From: an uncultured Eubacteriales bacterium
GTDB taxonomy: Bacteria; Bacillota; Clostridia; Christensenellales; Aristaeellaceae
Assembly (NCBI GenBank): GCA_902765305.1
Contig: CACWZI010000014.1
Coordinates: forward strand, 886-64,885
Length of the DNA stretch: 64,000 nt
Direction: 5' to 3'
Positions 49,901-58,900 of this stretch are shown here, in pieces (position 1 is the stretch's first letter; each line of letters opens with the position of its first letter). A program made the translations under genes and the position numbers. The notes beneath the pieces were generated by a model, which saw nothing but the letters and a program-made list of their open reading frames with translations, made no database searches and was not told the DNA's origin.

Positions 49901-52900
49901 CGCGCCGCCATTGACACCCTTGGCATTTTGCAGCGTCGCGCCTTGATTGACAGTCAGTGCCGCGTTTTCCGCCCGGTTGAGCACCAGGGCGTCCCCGGCC
50001 TGAACGCTATTGCCCTCCAGGGTGATGGTGTCGAAGGTCAGCGTTCCGTCGTTATAGAACAGGTGGCCGTTGGGATAGCTCAGGCTGCGGCTGATGACCG
50101 CCGTGCCCGTGCCCTCGTACTCGGTTGTCGCCGTGGTGATGGTGATCGTGCAGTCCGCCGGAATGGTCACGGCGTCGTCCTTCGAGCGAATGGTATACTC
50201 CCCGATCAGCATCTCGATCGTGGCGGTCTTGCCGTGCTCATCGGCGTATTCCACCGCGTCCCTGAGGCTGTAGAACTTCTCCGTGCCGATCTTGCAGACG
50301 TACTTGGGCAGGTAGAACAGCACCAGCTGGGCGTTTTCGGGAACCTCCACAAAATCCCCGTTCGTCCTGTACAGCCACTTGGCGTTATCCCGGTCGTACT
50401 TGATCTGCGTGACATTCGTCCCGCCGGCAATCGCGTCCCCCGCTGCGGTGTACAGGGAGGCATGATCATAGGCATAGTATTTATCCGCGGGCAGCACATA
50501 CTCGATCTTGCTGTGCATATCGTCCGCGAAGCCGGAATCGATCGCGCGGATGCCGTCCTCGGCCTCGGGGATGCCCGTCGCGCCTTCCCTGCCCGGCAGC
50601 GGCGTCGCGCCCTCCTCCGTCTGTCCGACGGCGGCCCTTGCCGATACAGGCAGGCTGATGCGGTTGTGGGCAAAGGCGATTTCGTGGTAGGTATCCACGT
50701 GGTCGAGCACGCAGCGCAGGGGATCATCCGCATCGGTATAGGGCGCGCTGTCCAGGCGGATCGCCGTGTTATAATCGGCATAGACATGTTCGTCGGTTTG
50801 CAGAACGGTCAGCTTCGCGCCGCCCGGAACCTTCAGCGTCTTCATGCTCGCCTGGTCCTCGGCGGGCAGTGAGAAGGTCTGGGTGGGGACGCCGTCGACC
50901 ATTTCAAAGCCGTTCTTGCTGTATTCCGTCAGGCCCGTGCCTGTCAGGTCGAGGGTCGCCTTGTAGGTAAAGGTCGGATTGGCACTCGCGTCCACGTGGT
51001 CCACCAGCGGCTGCGTCACGTCGATATCCAGAATCGCCAGGATCTCAAAGACGCCCTCTTCATATTCAACGGTATAGTTGGACTGCTCAGTGCCGCCCGT
51101 GGCCGTGATCGGGTAATCGCCTTCCGCCTCGCCCGCGTCGCGCTTCAGCGAGAAGGTGAGCAGGGTTTGGCCGTCGCGGTTATAGGTCCAGGTGATGACG
51201 CCAGCGTTTTCGCCCTCGCCCACCTCGTGGGTAGCTTCGGCCGCCTCATCCCCGTTCATCCAGCCCGTCACGGTGGCGGTGAGCAACGGGTCCTCGGCCA
51301 GGCCGACGGCTTTCACCTTACGGTCGGGCGTGACCAGCAGCTCGGCCCGCAGGATCGTCAGCGTGCCTGTTTTATACTCGATTTTATAGTTGCGCTGTGT
51401 CGCATCGCCGGACGGGGTCAGGATATAATCGCCGACATTCTCGCCCGTTTCGCGGCTCACGTTGAAGGTCAGCAGGGTCTTCGCGTCCTCGCCCTCCCCG
51501 ACGGTATAGGTGTAGTCCCGCGCGCCGGTTTGTTCGTTCAGGGCAGAGGTGAGCGTGCCGCCCTGGTCGTTCTCCGTCAGGCCGTCAAAGGTCACTTCCC
51601 ATTCGAGATCCACGTCGCCGTAGGTCTTTTCATCGTCCTCCGCCTTGATGGTCAGGCCGGCGGTGCTGATGATGAATTTGCCTGTCTCGTAGCTGACGTT
51701 ATAGTTCCCCTGTTCCGCTTCGCCCGAGGGGGTGATGGTATACTCGCCGACATCCTCGCCCGCCTCGCGGGTCAGGTCATAGTTCAATACCGTCGCCTCG
51801 TCGGAGAATTTCAGGCCGGTAACCTCCGCCTCAAAATCCGGGTCGTCCTCGCCGTAGGTCTTGCCACTGTCTTTGGCCTTGACCGTCGTCGTCGCCCTGT
51901 TGATCTTGAAGTTATAGGCCTTGCCGTCCGCGTCCCTGCGGACATAGGTAACGGTATAATTGCCCTGGTCGGTTCCCCCCGACAGGGTGATGGGATATTC
52001 GCCGACATCCTCGCCATCCTCGCGGGAGACGGTATAACTGAGCACGGAAGCGTCGTCGTCGCGCTTCAGGCCCTTGATGGTGACGAGCGCGGGATCCGCA
52101 TCGCCATAGGTCTTTTCCGCGCCCGCGGTAATGATGACCAAGGCCTTGTTGATCGTCAGCGTTCCGGATTCGTACAATACCCTGTAGCCGCTCTGGAGCG
52201 GATCGCCGGAAGGCGTGACGGTATAGGCACCGGCATTTTCGCCTTCCTCTCGGGAAACCGTAAACGTGATGGTGTTCTCTGCACCGTTCGCCGAGGTTAC
52301 CGTGGCGGTATACTTCCCTTCGGAGTCGGGGCCGGAGACCACCACAGTGGCCCCGTCCTCCTTCACGTCCGGCGTGAAGGTATAGTCGGGGGTCTCGTCG
52401 CCGTAGATTTTTTCGAGGTCGTTCACCGCAATGGTAACGGTGTAGGGCGTCTGCCTGTTGCTGATCGTCAGCGTCCGCGGCGCAGTCTCCGTGGCCGCGG
52501 CGACGGCATAGCTGTCCTCGTGGTTGTCCGGGACCTGCTCCAGGGCATAATAGTAGTAGGGATGTTCCTCTTTGTCGGTCGCCTGCAGGGAATCCACCGT
52601 CTTGCTCCAGCTGTCCGCGGAGAGCTTCAGGCCCGTGCGGACGCGCTCGGCCCCGGCCAGGAACGTGACAAGTTCATCGCGCGTAAAGCCGGTTGCTTTG
52701 CTTTCCGTCGTCGTGCGGTAGATGTCGAAGGTCACCTCGGGCTTGCCGGACGCATCGGTCACGGGATGGCCGTCCAGGCCAAGCCACGCCTTGTTGACCA
52801 CGACGCTGACCGCGGGCTGGTTGTTGACCACATACCAGCCGGTGCCGCTGACACTGCTCGAATCAGCAAACCGGTCGGAGATGTCCACATCCGCCTCGCC

Positions 52901-55900
52901 GTAGACGTTTTCCTCCACGACGGAATAGAAGATATCCTTGCCGCCCTCCTGCGCGGGAAGGCCGACAAAGGTCGCCGTGTCATAGTATTGATCTTTTGTC
53001 AATTCGAGGGTCTGGGGCTGGCCGTCCTTGGTCACGGGCTCCGCGGTCCCGCCGCCGACGGACTTGTACAGCCCGACCACCACTTTTTTGACCTCTTCAG
53101 GCCATGCCTCGTCGCCCTTGACACCCCAGGTCGCCGTCACCGGGATGTCGACCGCTTCGCTACGGTTGGGGAGGGTCACGGTGTTGTAGGAGGTCGTCAG
53201 ATCCGTCGCGGAGACGTCAGCGGGCAGGCCCTCCGGGACGCCGCTTTTGCCTTCGGAGAAGTAGAAGTAGATCTTCTCCGGGCTGGCGGGCGTGATATAG
53301 TCCTCCGGCGCCCGGGTTTCCGCCACATAATACAGGGTATCGGCGGCATACGCGGCCTGCGCATCGCCCCTGCGAATCGTGATCGAATTCCCGTTGCCGG
53401 CCTCGTAGGTCGCCACGGGGTTGTCCTGGGCGTCGTACACCGTGAAAACCGCGCCCGGCAGCGCCTTGCCCGTATTCCCGTCGATCTTGATGATGGTCAG
53501 CTTGTGATCCACATACTCGTTTGTGAAGGCAAGGTCATAGCTGAACGCCTTGCTGTCGTCCGGATCAACGGTAAACTCGTTGGAATCATCCTGGACGGGC
53601 ATGCCCTCCTTCTGATAGGAGATGGATACCGAGACATTCTCTTCAACGATGCCCTCCAGCTCTTCGGGAAGCGCGTTTTCCTCGATGACATGGTAGGTGG
53701 CATAGTCCTCCAGTTCCGCGCCGCCTTCCTTGCCGATGCTGAAGTTGATGGAGCCGTAGGAAAATTCCGCGTAGGTGTGGCTTTCCACATCCTCCCAGCC
53801 GCCTTCGACGCTCGGGTTCTCCTTCTGCAGGATGAAGGTGATGGCGTTCTTCTGCGCGTCCGTCAGCGCATAGTTGCCGCCGAAGCGCTTGGTGACGTTT
53901 ACACCCTTCCCCTCGGGATAGCAGCGAACCTTCAGCACGTCGCCGTTGGAATAGCTGTAGATGCTGCCATATTCATAGCTGGATTCGTCGGTGATCAGGA
54001 AGCTGTAGTAGGTATTGTCCTTCTGGTAGTAGATATAGTTCCCGTCCAAAATCTCAAACGGAGTGGTGACCATTTCGAGGTAATAGGCGGTATTCTTGCG
54101 AATCGCCAGGCCATCCTTCGCCTCGTCCAGGGCGATATCCACGTAACCTGTCTCGCCCGTCGTAAACACGATGGGCTGACCCTTGTTCGCTCCGGCCTTG
54201 TAGGTCATAGGCCGCATGTTGGAATCGAGCAGGCGGAACGCGGCGCCTTCAAGCCCTCGCTCCATGTGCCCCTCGGCATAGACGTACAGCTTGATGCTGT
54301 ACACGCCGCCCGTGCCGGAGATGTCCGAGCCGGTGGGGGCGATGGTGACCTGCGTATTCACCGTAGAGGAAGGGCCGCTGGCATAATCCTGGTTGGTGAC
54401 CCTGCCGAGCGTCGCGGTGTTGGTAATATCCACCGTATCCCCCACGTTGCCCTTGACCCTGGTGGTATAGGTAATGGTCACAGTATCCCCGTCAGGAACG
54501 GTAAACGTTCCGGTATAGCCGCTGTAATCAAACGAGGGATCTTGCGCTTCGGAGGTCTGTACTCCGCTCTTGCTCTTGATTTGAACCGAGCCATAGTTGA
54601 TGGACTGGTTTTCACTGAACGTATCCTTGATTGTGATGTCTCCGCCATTATTCAACGACAGTGCATTCGGATTGAAGACGATCTTATAGCTGGCCAGGTC
54701 GCCGTTGAATTCTGTAAGTTCCTTGCTGATGAGATTGGAAACCTCGCCGTCCATGATGATCAGCAGGCCGTTCTGCGTAGCGGTGACGACATAGTTGCCG
54801 GTGGTGTCCTTAGTCTCCTTCAGCGTTACGCCCTCAAAGGTGACGTCGTACATGCCCGGCTCAGTGCCGCTGCCGGAGGCCGAGACGCCGTCGAAGGTCA
54901 GGCCGTTCACGCTGCAGGTATAGCCACTGACGGTAATTGCCTCGTCTGTTTTAGGCATCGTTGCGCTGTTGGCCGTCAGGGTGACGGGAGCGGGCTTGAT
55001 GGTGGCGGTGATGCTTTGAGCTTCTTCTCCATCCAACCTGTAATTTACGGTATAGGTTCCCGCGTTTATTGCGGTGGGAATCGCGCCAAGTGCATACTCG
55101 CTGCCATCCAGGCTGAAATACAGCACATCGGGATTGTCCGACGCCACAAGCGCGTGCACCTGGCCGTCATAGGTGGAATCAACCGCCGTAACCGTGGGCC
55201 GGGTGATTTCCAGCGTGCCGGGAACAAAACCCACCTCATAGTTTCCCTGCTGCGCTTCTCCCGTGGGCGTAATGGCATACTCGCCCACGCTCTCACCTTC
55301 GGCGCGGGAGAGGGTATAGGTTATGACACTTTCCGCGTCGTCATTCTTCAAGCCGGACACGGTGGCCGTCAGTTCGGGATCGGCAGTGCCGTAAATCTTG
55401 CTCTTGGCGTCAGCCGTCACCGTTGCCATCACCTTGGTGACGGTCAGGTTGGCAGGAACAAAGGTTACACTGTAGTTGCCCTGTTCCGCGTCGCCCGTGG
55501 GCGTGATGGCATATTCGCCCGCATCCTCGCCTTCGGCGCGGGAGAGGGTGTAGGTTATGACGCTGACGGTATCGTCGTTCTTAAGTCCCGTCGCCGTCGC
55601 CGTCAGCTCGGGGTCGGCATCGCCGTAGGTCTTGGTCTTGGCTTCCGCAGTCACTGTAGCCGTCGCCCTGGTGACGAGCAGGTTGGCAGGAACAAAGGTT
55701 ACATTGTAGTTGCCCTGTTCTGCTTCGCCCGCAGGCGTGATGGCATAGTCGCCCACATCCTCGCCTTCGGAGCGGGAGAGGGTGTATGCGACGGTGTCCT
55801 CACCAATGAGACCCTCCACTGTCGCCGTAAAGTCAGGGTCGGCATCGCCGTAGACCTTTGATTTTTCATCTGCGGTCACCGTCGCGCTGGTTGGATTGAT

Positions 55901-58900
55901 CGTCAGCCCACCATCGGCAATGACAAAGGTCACATCGTAGCTGTCGTTTACATTGACAAAATCAGCAGCGGTCAATGCCATGTCATAGCTGCCAGCGTTC
56001 GTGCCGCTTGCGCTAGCAGTGCCGCTGAAGGTGAAAAACTCCTCGGTATAATTATCGATATTACTGGATACCTCATAACCATTCACTGTGTGCTCCTGGC
56101 CATCGTAATCCACCGTCTCGGAATGCTCAGTGATGGTAACAGTTACCTTTTCGCGAAAAGTAACATTGATGGTGATCGTATCATTGTTATTCATCATCAG
56201 CGTCAGACTGCTGTCGCCCTCTGTGGGTTCGCCCTCTGTGGAGATTCGCCAGTCGCCATTCTCTTGTTCCGCCTGCACGCTGCCGACTGCTGTTACTGTC
56301 TCAACCTCACTGATACCGTTCTCTATGCCCAGTTCTTCAAGCAGCTCCGAAAGCATGAGACTGCCCCCGGCTTGTGCTGTGTATGAATAAATCTGATTCT
56401 CAGGCTGATGTGTATACGTCACCACATACACCGAGAAGCCGTCGGCCTCGAAGGTCACGGCATCGCCCTCCAGGGCGCAGGAAAGCGTCTTCGGTTCGTC
56501 GCCGAAGTGAATGACGTCGATATTGGTGTTTTCAGCGGCCTCCGGCGCGTCCAGCAGCTTGATGGACACGGACACGGGGGTCTGGGGCTGGACGGGCTGG
56601 CCGTCTGCCAGTATGGAGATGTCCAGGGCCTTGGCGTAGGCGACCTGGCTGCCGTTTACGTTCAGGGCCTCGGCGGCGCGGGCGGCGTAGGCTTCGGCCT
56701 CGTCGCCGGTCAGCTCGGAGACGCTCAAGGTCGCGCCGGAGGGGATGCCGGCCTCGGGGCCGTAGCTGACCTCCACGTTATAGGTGTTGCCGGAGGCGTC
56801 TATGTAATGGGTGGAGATGGTCTCGGTGACCACCACAGCGTACAGCGAGAAGCCGTCGGCATCAAAGCTGATTTCAGTCTCGACGTCGCCAACGCCGACT
56901 TCGGTCTGTTCAATTTCGACTTCACCCGGTTCCGTGTCGCCGGCAGGCAGTTCGACGTTCAGGTTTGTCCTGCCGCTCGCGCTCTCGACGTCGGTATCGG
57001 CGACGATCTGCGTCTGACCCTCGTCGTCCATGTGGACGACCACGGCGGACTGGTCGTCATTGATCTCGCTGACCGAGATGACCACCGATACGGGGATGCG
57101 CGGCTCGATCTCATTGCCCCCTGCGTCGTAGAAGGCGATGTCCACCAGCTGAACGCGGCGGACCTTCACGAAGTCGTCTGCCACGCTCTCGCGGATTTCG
57201 GAGAGGGCGTCCGCATCCCATACACGGCGCACCGACATCGTGGCGCCCTCGGGGAAAGCGCCTTCATCCGCCGTCACGGTCACATTGACGCCCGAGGTGC
57301 GGGCCGCAAAGCTGGCGGCGGGCCAGCTGACGGCAGTCTCGGGTTCAGGCGAAGGTTCGTCGGTCTGGGCTTCAGTTCCGGGTTCGACCTCAGGCAGCGC
57401 TTCAGGTTCCACCGCTGACACGTCGTCGACCTCGTCTTCACTTTCTTGCTTCGGCGTTTCCTCGGATACGATCTCCTCCTGCGCTCCATCTTCAGGCACA
57501 ATTTCAAGAGCGCCGTCCTGCGTCGCTTCGGGGCTGCTCACCGCTTCCTGCCGAATCCCGCTTTCAGCGTCATCGCTGCCCCCGGATTCCTGAGTGGGTT
57601 CTGCTTCTGTCTCTGCTTCCGGCTCCTGCTCCGGTTCAACCACCGGTTCAGATTCCGGCTCAACTTCTGACTCCTGCTCAGGTGCCGCCTCCGGCTCCTC
57701 TATCTGTTCAATCTCCGGTTCGGCTTCCGGCTCGTGTTCAGGCTCTGCTTCCGGCTCCTCGATCTGTTCAACCTCCGGCTCGGCTTCCGGCTCCTGCTCA
57801 GGCTCCTCGATCTGTTCAACCTCCGGCTCAGCTTCCAGCTCCTGCTCAGGCTCCTCGATCTGTTCAACCTCCGGCTCAGCTTCCGGCTCCTGCTCAGGCT
57901 CCTCGATCTGTTCAACCTCCGGCTCAGCTTCCGGCTCCTGCTCAGGCTCCTCGATCTGTTCAACCTCCGGCTCAGCTTCCGGGTCCTGCTCAGGCTCCTC
58001 GATCTGTTCAACCTCCGGCTCTACTTCCGGTTCCTGCTCAGGCTCCTCGATCTGTTCAACCTCCGGCTCAGCTTCCGGCTCCTGCTCAGGCTCCTCGATC
58101 TGTTCAACCTCCGGCTCTACTTCCGGCTCCTGCTCAGGTGCTGCCTCCGGCTCCTCGATCTGTTCTACCTCCGGCTCGGCTTCCGGCTCCTGCTCAGGTG
58201 CCGCCTCCGGCTCCTCGATCTGTTCTACCTCCGGCTCGGCTTCCGGCTCCTGCTCAGGCTCCTCGATCTGTTCAACCTCCGGCTCCTGCTCAGTCGCTGC
58301 CTCCGGCTCCTCGATCTGTTCAATCTCCGGCTCCTGCTCAGTCGCTGCCTCCGGCTCCTCGATCTGTTCAACCTCCGGTACGTCCTCCGGCTCCTCGATC
58401 TGTTCAACCTCCGGCTCTACTTCCGGTTCCTGCTCACGTTCTGTCTCCGGCTCCTGTATCTGTTCAATTTCCGGCTCGGCTTCCTGCTCCTGCGCCGGTT
58501 CTACCTCCGCCTCAGCTTCCGGCTCCTGTATCTGCTCAACCTCCGGCTCGGCTTCCGAGACAGGCGTCTCTACCTGTTCAACGTCAAGATCAACACCGAT
58601 ATCAATGCCGAGTTCGTCATTCTGTCCGGATACTTCGATCAAATCCCCGGATGAGGCATCCTCCAACCCAATGTCATCGATTTCAGGTATTTCCAGTGAG
58701 CTGTCGAAAACATCGGTTTCTGTTTGTTCCGAATCCGATGCCCGCCCGTTCTGCAAAACAATGGTATAGGATTTGCTGCCCGTAAACACGGCAAGCTCGA
58801 TCTCGTTAAAGCTCCGAATCACCGTGAGCCGGTAATCCTTCTTGCCCTTTTCAATGGTCAGGCACTGTCCTTCTTTCCCATTGTGTTCGATCACGCCCAG

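Noticed and set aside
34985-55861. Very long plus-strand ORFs inside the giant gene (34985-38320 1,111 aa; 40274-43390 1,038 aa; 43421-45985 854 aa; 48005-50872 955 aa; 50996-55861 1,621 aa)
   Set aside because: They are antisense to a single uninterrupted 24.7-kb ORF that has clear domain motifs. Their translations are Arg/Gly/Ala/Val/His-rich with no motifs, no RBS and no start context. This is typical of open antisense frames in high-GC repetitive coding DNA.
57594-58785. Plus-strand ORFs encoding SGS/CS repeats, PAPAQAPRSVQPP repeats or LRL/FNL repeats; also considered whether the regular 48-bp periodicity could be a CRISPR array
   Set aside because: They are mirror or alternate-frame readings of the acidic EPEVEQIE repeat of the minus-strand giant ORF. 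There are no unique spacers between the repeats and the period is a multiple of 3, so this is a coding tandem repeat and not a CRISPR array.
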